Below, piece by piece: positions 27,509-38,851 of a stretch of 64,000 nucleotides of DNA (positions within the stretch are counted from its first letter, which is position 1; the number at the start of each line of letters is the position of its first letter). The stretch comes from Guillardia theta CCMP2712 (taxonomy: Eukaryota > Protista > Cryptophyta): contig NW_005434574.1 in the NCBI RefSeq assembly GCF_000315625.1, forward strand, positions 188,224 through 252,223. The letters run 5' to 3'. The translations under genes and the position numbers were made by a program. The notes below the pieces were generated by a model. That model was given only the letters and a program-made list of their open reading frames with translations. It was not told the DNA's origin and searched no databases.

Positions 27509-28599
27509 GGGTCACGGAAGGAGTGATTTGGCTAAGGGAGCAAGACCTTTTCTAGTGTATTTTGTGGAGAGGAACTTTTGTAATTCAGTTTTGTAAGATG
27601 GTTGTTGGAATTGGGAATGACAGTGTGGTTTGCAAGTACAGAGTTGTTTACTTGTTCCATCACATGCTTCCAAGATTGCCGCTGTGTGTCACATAGGCTG
27701 CTGTACCTGATACATCATCACGAGTCATGCGGCTGCTTCTCAGTCTGGCTGTATCCTGCAGCAAGTCAAGTTGCAGCCGCACTGAGCAGTTGACTCGGTG
27801 ACCTGACATGGCAATGTCAAATAGGTTGCGCTGAGTAGTACAGAACCAATGATTGTGCGGCGGTACGGTGATCGGTCACGCTCGGCGCCGGGACCGGGAG
27901 CCTGCCCGGCCCCGGGCCCGGCGGGACCGTGGAGCCCGGGCCCGAGACCCGTCAGTGACTGCCGATGTGCTGCAACTTCAACTTACGGTACTCGGACCTG
28001 GCAACCGAACGCCGTGACGCTGAGTCCCGACTGGGGCGGGAGCCGGGACTCCGGGAGGCCCCCCGGGCCCCGCACTGCCCGGCCGCCGCCGCGAGTCACG
28101 CCGGTGCCGACTCTCACGGTGTGCTGGCAAGTACTGATGACCCGGATGTGAGCCTAAGGACGCCGCGACCCAACCGTGAACCGTCGTGACCGTCGCCGTT
28201 TCGGATGTCACGCCGAAGTTTCTCGGAACCGTTGAACCGTCACCGTGCCTGGCAGCTCCGCAGTACGGTAGCCCAGTGTGCGGACAGCCTGAATCAGAGG
28301 ATTTATTCGAATAAATGCAGAAAACCATTGTTCTCGGCTGGATTCTAATCGAAACAAATCGTTGGATTGTTGAAGCGACGATGGCAACCCTGAGCTGTGA
28401 GTGGTGGTGCCCAGGAGAGTCGGGGAGGAGAAGAAGAGGAGAGGGATAGATGGGAGAGCGCGAGCAAGAGAGATACATGCAGGGAAGAGGAGAGGGAGCG
28501 GGAGAGGCAGGGAGGGGCAGGGAGGGGCAGGGAGAGGGGAGGGAAGGGCTGGTCAAAAACAGAAATCACCGCTCACTGTCGATCTCATATGAACACAGG

Positions 28600-30260
28600 C
28601 AGCAACTGTAGTTTGACCTACTTCGTCTGGATCGTGTGGTTTTGTCATGCTGTTTTCAACCTCGTCTTCATAGGTATGCAGCTTTGATTTGCCGAAATTG
28701 GTTGATGACATTTTCCTGCGCTTCAGGCTGTGCTATCAAGTCGGTATGTTTCATTTTATGCTCGCGTTTCCTTGATCCTACAATTTGTCGTCGGCATGAC
28801 TCGTTTCATTCAAATTCTCAGTACCAAAGATATCATCAAGTTCAGGTATTCCCTCTTGATTTTCTGAAATCCAATGGATGACCCTGTTTGTAGCAATTTC
28901 GCGATTTCCTGGGCGTAATTATCCTCATGTTCTCAGAAGGAGATTCTTGCACATTGTTTGACATGTTATAGCCCTGCATTGCTTTCGATCATGTACCTTA
29001 CATACTCGGTCATCTACCTCTTAGGAAGATATCTGAAGTCGACCAGGCATGTTTGCTTTCTTTCTCAACTGTGCTTAAAGCTTCACCTGTCACAGTTTTC
29101 ATGCTGGATGGATTTCCGCGGGTTCTTTCTTCCTCATATTTCAGCACATGGTGCTGGGAGACTCTCACTCCACGCTCCGATTCCTCGCTGACAGTGTTCA
29201 TACAGACATACGTGGTGTGGTCAGTGACCATACTTTGCCAGTGAGCATTTGACTGCCGATGTGAACTAACAGGAGCTGACGTCTTGACTTTGCAGTAGCG
29301 GAAGCTCAGGTATAGATTCTTCTGCACTCTCGGCCCGGATGTGAACTATGGATTGAAGAGGCCGTGTGCGACCAAACCATGTACGCAAGTTTGGGTACGT
29401 GATAGCTCCTCAACCCACGTAACCTAAAAACAAACTTTTGCGCAGTGTTTGCAGGATTTGCAATGGGCTCGGGATCACTCTTTTTCTTGTTGTTCACATT
29501 CTATCACTTCAAGTAATGCTATTGTCTCTTCCACTTGTCTCTTTCTCAACTCCTCTTTGTTTTCTGACTAATCCAACACCTGCCCTACCTTCTCTCTTTC
29601 CTTGACTTCCTTCTTCCCGACCTCCTTTCTTCACACTTTGCATTTGCAGGTATGTCGAATCGAGCGACGGCGTAAGTAGAAGCTATGCCATGAAGTACTT
29701 TTGCTCTAATATCCCAAGCTGCTTACACTTTGATCAGATCCATGGGGGGAGTTCCACGATCGGATGCAATATGACGACAGATAGACCTGCATCTTTGTCC
29801 TTATGTCATGTATGATTTGCTCAACACTCTGTCTGCCAGATATAACCAAATGCGGCACAAAGAGATCGACTGTATAAATGGTTTAATTCCCCTCAATCCA
29901 GCGAACTAGAAGGACGATTCCTAATAGAATCAAGAATCCAATAAGAGCTACACTTTGATGAGAAAGATCAAAGCCGAGAACCTGTCAGGCAAAGTCAGAT
30001 CAAAGAACCCTGTGCCAACAAATCCCTTTGAACTTACCGAAAGCAAACTATCCTTTCTTTCCACTCTTACACCAGTAGGCCGCGATAGTGGAGTTCGGCT
30101 CACTCGGTGAACCTGGTCAACGATGGTCACATGTATGGAATTCCCCCTCTTGTGAGAAGAGCTGCCTTGCTACAACCAGACTGCTTTAGTACCTTGCTGG
30201 ATTTTCTACCAAACTTTCATATCATGTCTCACCCAGAGCAATGGCGTGAGAGTCACTGAG
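28600..30260 (+). CDS. Possible intron-rich hypothetical gene
   Basis: CTGAC...CAG acceptors (e.g. 29276-29295), pyrimidine tract ending TTTGCAG at 29649, plausible last exon ...GIPPLVRRAALLQPD...*; no domain recognised. Confidence 0.25.
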
Positions 30261-31029
30261 TCACTCAGAAACGTAGAAAACTCATCTGCTAATCAACGTT
30301 TCCTCATCGTCTCTTTCCTCGTCCTCGTCCTCGTCTCCCTCCCCCCTCGTCCTCCTCAAGGCTCACCGGCGCACGTTGCCTCAGGCTACTGTCATCCATG
30401 GTTGATTGGAGGCTAGCTAATCACCCGGCGTTGCCTCGCATGATCGGCGCCGGCCGCAAGTGCGGCCGCCCGGCCGCCCGGCGGCCGGGCGCGGGCCATT
30501 CCGAAGTTCCGCCGGACTGCCTCCGCCCGGACACTGCGGGCCTAGCCAGGCTAGCCTGGGCCGGGCTACTAGCGGCTGAGCCGTAGTACGGTAGTCACTG
30601 ACATGATCCCGGCTGACGGGCCGGCCCGACTCATGCCATCGGATGCCATCCTGGCCGCAGTCCGACGGGTGACATAGGCTGACCGTCCGACTACCGGGCT
30701 AGGTCAACTCAGTGCCGCCGGGCCCCCCGGGCCCATCATGCCGTCACAGAGTCACGGGCCCGGCCAACTTCGATAGCCGCACTAGTCATTGACCATTCCG
30801 TTCCAATTCCCTTCTGGATTTTTTCTGTTTTCGGAGGGGTCTTTTTCGTACAGGATTTTTATTTCACAGGGTAATGAAAGTTTGTACCACTAGTCTGAAA
30901 TGTTTTCAGAACATTATTGCGCACAACTGTTTCCAAATATGGATTGTCAATGCTTAAAAGTATTATACATAATACAAATCTCCAAAAATAATATAGCGCC
31001 CTGCACTTCGTCTACCATTGCCCATTCGA

Positions 31030-32190
31030 ATGCGAGAGCCGGCAACGGCACGTCGGCGGAGCGTCAGAACAGCAGCGGCGAATGGCATACAGTCTCGACG
31101 AGATGCTGATGATCGACAAAGCTTTTCTGACTTAGAAGGATCTCCGTTATCTGCACCTGAATCTTTGTATGAACCGCTCTGCTTGGAAATCCAAGCAGCT
31201 CGAGAACAATCTCGTTTTGAGGTTCGATGGGTCAATCCTATTATGGATGAGCAGATTCTCCTCACACCAGGTGTAGGCTTATCATATTTTGAAGATGATC
31301 AGGCAAGCATGAGGAGATTTGGTATCATAAAACGTCTTGTTTCGGAAACCAGCGTGGAGGTATACATCTTGTATGACAAGATACTCCTAGAAAAGGTTGA
31401 TCAGAACATAACGAACCATGGTCTTGGCAACAGAAATCTACGGAAGATCATTCAATCGATGTCAGAAAGTATTTGCTATCAATCAATTTACCTTGATGTC
31501 GTTGACATTGATATGATTGAAGATTTGGTAAATGTTCAATACCCAATTTTTCTTGATCCACATGCGCCAATGCCAAGCTTGAAAAATGTACAAGTTGTAG
31601 GACACATTTTCTTCAAGGATGGAGCGCAAAAGTCGTTCTGTGACATTTCTTACTTCAAAATGCCAAATCCTGAGAGAACAATCAGCAGATTCATCTCTGG
31701 TAATGACTCTATTTCATCCTCTGCAGCATATCTTCAAATGATTTCTGACATTGAATCGTTCAAGTTGAGCATGAAGCAATGGCTGAAATCAAGAAGCTCT
31801 GTGTATGAGAAGGCAGGAACCCGTTCTTTGGAGTTCACTTGTAATGTTTCCATCCGCAGCATACTTCGATTAGTTCCTAGGCAAATGTTCAAATTTATCA
31901 AAGTGAAAAGAACCAGTCACAATTATACTTGGGTGTTACCAGCCAATATTGTCAGCAGCAAGGTTTTCAGACAAGCTTTAGATCTGCCTTTAAAGTCAGC
32001 TCCACAACTGCAAGAGAACTTGACGCAGATTTTTCTAGGTTTTTCTCTTCTCATTCAAAGTCGATTACGCATTAACACAACGTTTCCTAGGTGGCCCAAT
32101 GTACATTTCGATCAAGCGTGGCAATCTTGTGCTAGGGTTCGAAACCATTGCAAGCATTGGTGGCATGTTCGGAAAGCTTCAGTGGGATGA
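31030..32190 (+). CDS. Transposon accessory protein with BAH-like domain (3' part may be spliced)
   Basis: Long ORF; LLTPGVGLSY, RFGIIKRL, VEVYILY, ICYQSIYLDVVDIDMIEDLVNV follow the order and pattern of the BAH consensus. Confidence 0.55.
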   Translation: MREPATARRRSVRTAAANGIQSRRDADDRQSFSDLEGSPLSAPESLYEPLCLEIQAAREQSRFEVRWVNPIMDEQILLTPGVGLSYFEDDQASMRRFGIIKRLVSETSVEVYILYDKILLEKVDQNITNHGLGNRNLRKIIQSMSESICYQSIYLDVVDIDMIEDLVNVQYPIFLDPHAPMPSLKNVQVVGHIFFKDGAQKSFCDISYFKMPNPERTISRFISGNDSISSSAAYLQMISDIESFKLSMKQWLKSRSSVYEKAGTRSLEFTCNVSIRSILRLVPRQMFKFIKVKRTSHNYTWVLPANIVSSKVFRQALDLPLKSAPQLQENLTQIFLGFSLLIQSRLRINTTFPRWPNVHFDQAWQSCARVRNHCKHWWHVRKASVG

Positions 32191-35045
32191 TGCACGAGGC
32201 AGGAAGAGGAGATAAGTGTAATACAGATTTATCAATGAACCTAAACCTGATGCAAGGAGATTTCTAAATGCAAACCAATTGCTCAGTTTTCTACTCATCA
32301 TTTTGTGGTCTTCTTGTTCGGCTTCCTCAGCTGACCCCTCCATCATTTCGTCATAAGCACGCTTTTTTGATCCTGCAGCATTTGACTCCATCACTCCCTT
32401 TCTCCAGCAAGGTCTTCCATAAATGCGATGTCGCAACTCTAAAGCTGACATACTCAAGCATCCTAATGTAATGTTCCGCTTGGAAAGATGATAGTGAAAC
32501 ATTTCTGCCACATGACCGGCAGCAAGCATGTGGAAGTATACAGCACTGAATAGTTCCTTGCTTCCACACTCAACCACATACTTCACCACGAATGTGTTGA
32601 TTCTTGTTGCTAAGGTTTCAACGCTTTCAGGAGTAAGCTCTGAAACATGAGTACAAGACAAAGTAGCAAGCACAGAAGACAATTCAGTGAAAATTTCTTG
32701 CCATCGCTGCCTTTCTTCCACATTTTCGTACAACAATACCAAGAGAGGTCCCATGGCCACATTCATCAAGTCATCATACTGTTTCCCTGTCATGTTTGGA
32801 AGTTGCTTCTTGTCATTGAGCTCAAGCTTGTAGTTGATTCCACTCTTGTGTAGGATACTTTGTGCGGCACTGATCCTCTTTTTCTTCTTGGCCGTGAAGA
32901 AAATACTTTTCAAGGCGCAGTGAACAATCCTCATCTTGAGATGTAACATACAAAGAACGAGGCACATACATGTCAACCCGATATCTGACAACTTTTCATG
33001 ATCCCGAGACATTCCATGGTCTTGTTTCAATACAACAACCTTTTGGCCCTTCTTCAACATGCCGGAGGTCTTGCTGGATCTGATCTTTGTAATATCTTGT
33101 CTGTTCAAGCTTTTCCCATCAAACATGCACGTATCAACGATGTTGTTTTTGCCACCATCCATCACCACGTCCTGCATCAGCCAAAACACATCTGGTCGGA
33201 GAGATCTGTCCTTGCAAAACTCATCTACTGTGGTTTCAGTTGCAACTTCGTTGATGTCGAAGATGCAATGGCGCTCCCCATTCTTCACTTTGCAATACAA
33301 GCAACAGGCGTGGTCAGGATTCTTTTGGCTGCCACCACCTGTGCGAATATCTTCAGTTCATGTTTAACACAAAGAGTTGATGAATTACCTGACATCCCCA
33401 TGAGATCCCAAAATCCCTTCAAATCCCCACGAAAATCAATTTCTATTTCAATGACGAGATCAGGTGTGGAATTCGGATCACTGGCTGTTCTATCACGTCC
33501 CCCAATGCAGTTCAAAACCCCATCTTTGTCCTTGTAGAAGTGAAGTCCAGCTTTGATTTTCTTGATCTCTCCGTTCTCACAAGTGACAAACAGATCCTTC
33601 AAGATGCTTTTCAAATCAAAACCATAGACATTCCACAGATTCTTGTCAATATTCTCGATAGTGTCCTTCAGGTACAACAACAAGAAAGAGATATATGAAG
33701 CAGGCGAATTCATTCTGGTCTCCTGGTCAAACATAGAGTTTGCAACGTCAACCGCCTTGTTCCACACAGCTATGAGATTCATTGCAAACTCTGTCTGTTC
33801 TGTACCTGACTGAGCTGATGATCCCAATCTCGTGCTATCGAAACAGAGGGAAAGCACCAAGAATTCTACAAGGTACATGTTTGGATCTTCTCGCGCAAGC
33901 TTCATGAACAACAGTTCGAGCAATTTGAGAATGGAAGCACCATGTCCGCCAGGAAGTTCATTGATTCCGTCCACCATGTCAGTCACAAGCTTCTTCTGCT
34001 TGGCTCTCGAAGTACTGATAGAAGATGTACTTCCAAATATTTTGACTCCGCATTTTTTCATCATGTCATAAACGAATTTCAAAGATTTGTGTGTCAGCTG
34101 TTGACCCATAGTCAAGAGACCAACTTCATCCACGTTGGGAGCTATTGCATCATACAAGCTCTGGATGGCTTTTTTGACTTTGCGATTTCTCTCACAACGG
34201 CTGTCCAAATTCGGTGCAATTGCGTGAGCATATCCTGTCAAAAAATTTTCGAAATGAAACAATGAATCCGGATTTTGCCTCAACGTGGAAAGATGGCCGA
34301 ATGCCTTTCCAGCCTGACTAGAGCCATTAAGCCCAGACATCTGACGAATACCTTTTGACAACAAAGCAGATAATGACCCAACCTCGGAGAAAATGTCTTT
34401 GAGAATTTTTTCCTTCCGATACTCGAACTCCTTGGGGATATCTTCGACATTCATGGGGCACTTATCATTGGGATAATTGGCTTTCCAAATGTCTTCGAAC
34501 GTCAAGTTCAAAATTCTGTCTACGTTTGGCAACAACTCTTTCAGCGCCATATTTTCCCTAGTAAGCATTTCCTTTTCATACTGTAGCTGATTCACCTGAC
34601 ATGACAGACTGAAATATCCCTGTATGGTACTGCCGACAACAGATGCTGGTGAAAACAAATATCCATTTCCAACAAAGCTCATAAATGTGCTGACATCTGG
34701 TCTACCTTTGCAATCAAGGAAGCCTTCCATCCAAGCAAAGTACTCTACTCCCCTCCAGGTTTTCAGGTCCCATGACGGCAAACGACGGTCTGGCCTTGGA
34801 CTGATCTGGTTCAAAGTCGAGGCAACCTGAGGGCTATCCAAATTCATTGGATAGAATTGATGGATGTTTTCCATATCTTGACAATGCAAAGGTCGACGAT
34901 AGAAGCATGGATGGACTCGGAAAGGATCGAAGTTTTCTGCGCGGCATGATGATTGAGAAAACAAGTTTTGCACAAAAACATGAGTTTGTTGGTGGATTTT
35001 GTCCGGGAAAACTTTGTTGAGAAGCACAGGTTTCCACCATTCCAA
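32179..35045 (-). CDS. RAG1-core/Transib/Chapaev-like DDE transposase; 50-nt intron at 33339-33388; true start unresolved
   Basis: Splicing GTAATT...CACAG joins the 586-aa and 373-aa ORFs in frame. Motifs in order: LCFDSTR, FRGDLKGFWDLMG, CCLYC, MLHLKMRI, YFHMLAAGHVAEM, LGCLSMSALELRHR. Confidence 0.85.
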
Positions 35046-36408
35046 TGAAGAGTGAGAAAAGCACCAAAGATCCTCTTTGCAGTTTCAAATTAGAGAAAAA
35101 ATATTGGTTCCTGTGGCCAAACTTTTCCATCCAGGGCTGAGCACAACAATCGAAGCTTATATAATAGTAGGATCCCACCCACCCCATGATCTGTCATTTT
35201 TCACTACCCCCTACCACCAAATTACTATTATTTTCATTAGTTGATGGGGGTTAATTATTTGGTAGGTAGGGTAGTCAACTGCGATTGTGTTTCTCCTACC
35301 CACCCTAGGAAAAGAGAGAATCGAAGGGGTACCGAGCACAATTGTGTGTTTGATGTTAGATCAGATCATGGGGGAACACAGTACAAGTTACCCTACCCCC
35401 ACATAACCTTTAGGTAGGGGTTCCATCAAATTTGATACCGGTACTGCCTATGAAAATATAAGTCTAAAGATGGGTGCTTGATAGGTATTACAGGGTTATA
35501 TCTGTAATGGGGTGGGTAGTCGACCAGCGTGGTATTTTTTTTTCACCCCCCCCGACCCTTCAACAAGTGATTATAGTTCAAGCCAATCTGTACGAGATAT
35601 TCTTCTTAAAATCAACTTGTTGAAGAGGTTAAAAGGGTGGAGTCCAATCCTTGCTCAAATATTTGGCCTACCCCACCTTAAGACATATGATATAAAAACA
35701 AGGGGTAGTCATCGGCTGTCTTGCCTGAGCGGACGGGTGCCTAGAAGATTCAGAAACTTTTTGGTACAAAATTTGTACGAAGGGGTCAGGACCCCTCTGG
35801 TACAAAACATGCAACGATTTGGAACAAGTATTTTAAAGCCCGTACAAACAAAATGGTCTGGTACAATAAATTCCAGAAGGGACTTGGAACGGAATGACGC
35901 CCGGCCAACCGGTATCTGGCGACATTCGCTCAAGCCAGTGCGGCGACTCCCGACACTGTGACGCCACTGTCAACCGTACTCAGGGCGGTAGCTGGCGACG
36001 GGGGCCGCTCACTGACTGAGTGAGCCTTTCCGGATCATGAGCGGCATGCCATGATGATGACACGCCAACGCCGTATGGCTCCGAGCCTTGAAAGTTGTCG
36101 GACAGCCAGTGAGATACACGGTGCCCCGAGAAAGCTTCGACTCGATTGTGACCAAGCAGCCTATAGCAACGAAGAAGATGGCCTTGAAAGTGACGTCCAA
36201 GGCTTACAAAAGGCGCTTTAAAGGCTCAAGTGTTACCCTTAACAGACAAAAATTTCACGTGAGCTCTGCTCCCTATGAGACCTAAAGACTCAGTGAAACC
36301 AAGAGGTATTTACTACAACCTGACAAAACCGAAATACAAAAGTTCCTCTCCACAAAATACACTAGACAAGGTCTTGCTCCCTTAGCCAAATCACTCCTTC
36401 CCTGACCC

Positions 36409-37623
36409 TCATCTCCATGAGAAGACACCTCTACACCCCGCACGCCTCCCTCGCCATGCCTCTACCTCCTCCAGAAGCTCCGCCGCCCTCGGCCTCTCCT
36501 TTCCCTCCCCTGCCCATGATCGCCTCATCATCCCCTGTAGCTCTCTCGGAACCCGATCGTTGAGAAGCGACGGACGGAAGTCGTGCTTGGCCGCCATGCT
36601 GGCCACCGAGTGTCCGTCGATGTTGCAGAAGGGATGCTCCCCGGCGAAGATGTACCACATCACCAGCGAGAAAGAGTACACGTCCACCGCCGCCGTGTAC
36701 TGACCCTCTCCCCGGAAGATCTCCGGCGCCATGTACCGGTACGTCCCCGTTGTGCCTGTCAGCTCCGTCGACATGAACGACTCGTCCGACAAGAAGCCGC
36801 CAGACCCCCTGCCCCCTCCCGGTGTCAGCGGCGCCTTGCCCGGGCTCAGCGGACACATGCGGCTGAGCCCGAAGTCCCCGATCTTCACCGTCCTCCCGTC
36901 CTCCGTCAGCAGCATGTTGGCCGGCTTGATGTCTCGGTGGATCACCGGCGGCTTCTGCGCGTGCAGGTACGCCAGCGCGCTCAGGATGTCCTCCACCCAC
37001 GACACTGCCCTCCTCGTCTCGGGCCGCCAGCGCCCGTCCCGTCGCGACTTCTTCTTGGCCTCGTAGTACTGCTCCAGGCTCCCCCCCGGCATCAGCTCCA
37101 TCACCAGCCACGGCAGCCCGTCGTGCTCGTAGATGCCGTAGAACTCCACCACGTTCTTGTGCCGGAACGCGTGGCTCATCATGCCGATCTCCTTGAGCAG
37201 GTCCTTGCCCTCCTCGGACCGGGCGTCGAGCTTGGAGCAAAGAGTCTTGACGGCGACCTGCCTGCCGTTATAGAGGGCGCTCCTGACCTCCCCGCAGGAG
37301 CCTTGGCCGAGGACGTCACCGAAGGTGAGGGAGGATCGACGGATGGCGAAGGATCCGCAGCGGTCGATGTCATTTTGCTTGAGGATGTTATGGTGGAAGA
37401 CGAGGTCAAGGAAGATGGGGCAGTCGTCCTGAAGGGAGGGTCTACGCACAAATCCAAGCTTTACATCTTCGGTATCGATTTTCATTTCCTTGGTTGGCTT
37501 TGATGGCTCAATTTGCAATTCATCTGCGTTGCATTTGGCTGGGGGCTTATCGATGGTGAATTTTTCTGAGGATTCTTTGATCTCTATTTCAAGTGTTTGT
37601 TGTGATTGTTCGCTTTGGCACAT
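36409..37623 (-). CDS. TKL-type protein kinase copy 5
   Basis: Full motif set, intact ORF. Confidence 0.93.
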   Translation of the reverse strand: MCQSEQSQQTLEIEIKESSEKFTIDKPPAKCNADELQIEPSKPTKEMKIDTEDVKLGFVRRPSLQDDCPIFLDLVFHHNILKQNDIDRCGSFAIRRSSLTFGDVLGQGSCGEVRSALYNGRQVAVKTLCSKLDARSEEGKDLLKEIGMMSHAFRHKNVVEFYGIYEHDGLPWLVMELMPGGSLEQYYEAKKKSRRDGRWRPETRRAVSWVEDILSALAYLHAQKPPVIHRDIKPANMLLTEDGRTVKIGDFGLSRMCPLSPGKAPLTPGGGRGSGGFLSDESFMSTELTGTTGTYRYMAPEIFRGEGQYTAAVDVYSFSLVMWYIFAGEHPFCNIDGHSVASMAAKHDFRPSLLNDRVPRELQGMMRRSWAGEGKERPRAAELLEEVEAWRGRRAGCRGVFSWR

Positions 37624-38851
37624 ATTTGTCTGGATTTCAGCTGGCCTTACTAGATGTTGTCTTTGTTGTTGATGATGATTGTGTTCATACTTTGATCTTC
37701 AACTTGCTGTCACTTCCGACACTGTCAATCTATGATGCTGGCGGAGCTCTTCCTTGTGTACGCGCTGTATGACTTGGTTTGGGCCAGAACGAAAAGTTTC
37801 GAAGGGGGTATTTTGTGTGTAAAAGGAAGGGGTAGTGTTGCGAGGTTAATCTCAAACGCATGTACCAAATTTACAACACATCTGGTGAATTTACTGATCT
37901 CAAAGGGACCCCTAAAAGGGGTGGTCAGGGAGTGCCATGGGGGGTACGAGTTCTCATTGAAGTTAACCACGACCCTTGACTTTAAAGCGGTGCATGGGAC
38001 GTGAGCGATTGAAAGCCCTTTCAGTCACGTACGACTGTGGGATAGGCTGTAACCGCTATGTAACGGAGAAAAAGTTAACCTTCAAGCGCAAAGGCTTCCT
38101 CTTTGAAGCCATCACCTACCCATAGATTCAAGCACTTCAAGGGGAAAAAGGGTGGGTGGTCTATCCCACCTTCTTTCTCGGCCGGATTTAGACCTGCCAA
38201 CGGTAAGTTCAAGATGTCTCACAGAGTCAGTCATGTGTCCGGTACCTCATAGGAAGATGACTAAAGATTTCGACTGCGAACCTTACAAAAAAAAGGAGAG
38301 AGTAGTAGTATTGGTAGCCTCTGGTAGCCTCCTCTATTCTCCTTATTGTCCTCGTACTGAGTTTTACTTAACTTTGAGTAAAGAGATTGGTGTGGATAGA
38401 AGCCCCGGAGAACTCTTACTGGATTCAACGTGTAAAGCGACAGCACGTCGTTCAAGGTTCAACAGCAACGTAAAGAGACTTAGTGCTGTACATGGGGGAC
38501 CGTTCGATGTGATTGGGTAAACAGCCTTGAAAACAGCCTGAAACCACCCTTAATGATATGTGAATCTTATCACCTTCCCTTGCGTCTGCAGGGTGTCAAC
38601 AAGCTGATGAATGGCTTTCACCTCATTCACAACCCGCATCATGCTCCCATGCACCTTGATCGCACACTTCTCAGCGTTCTCCTTACCAACTTATTCACCC
38701 ATGAGCTCGAGCATATCATACCACGCAGCTCCCTGACAAAGTCAACCACACTCTCTTCCCCGCTCTTCCCTTCTCAAACAAAATGGTGTATTGACAAACA
38801 TAAAGAAAAACAATCTAGAAATCACACGTATGTAAACGAAGCTATCTCAAA

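Larger units (their letters stand above)
30794..35896. mobile_element. DNA transposon of the RAG1/Transib/CMC (Chapaev-like) clade with 25-bp TIRs and two convergent genes
   Basis: CATTCCGTTCCAATTCCCTTCTGGA (30794-30818) versus reverse complement of 35872-35896 (24/25 identical); AC on both outer sides; lower-GC interior; DDE transposase inside. Confidence 0.85.
25790..38270. repeat. Inverted duplication: arms ~25790-27582 and ~36335-38270 (kinase plus upstream and 3' flank)
   Basis: 3' flank 27509-27582 is the reverse complement of 36335-36408; upstream blocks such as CTTTAGTCATC..GGTACCGG and GACCACCCCTTTTAGGGGTCC are shared in inverted orientation. Confidence 0.85.

Noticed and set aside
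31030-32190. RAG2 homolog
   Set aside because: No kelch repeats or PHD finger visible; only the gene orientation matches.
33285-33390. Transposase as a frameshifted pseudogene
   Set aside because: A canonical 50-nt intron restores the frame and places the expected CxxC zinc ligands after the second Asp.
30745-35960. RSS-like heptamers (CACAGAG at 30745, CACTGTG at 35954) as element termini
   Set aside because: No 5-bp target duplication or nonamer, and such words are common in the scar tracts; the inner 25-bp TIR is much stronger. Not fully excluded.
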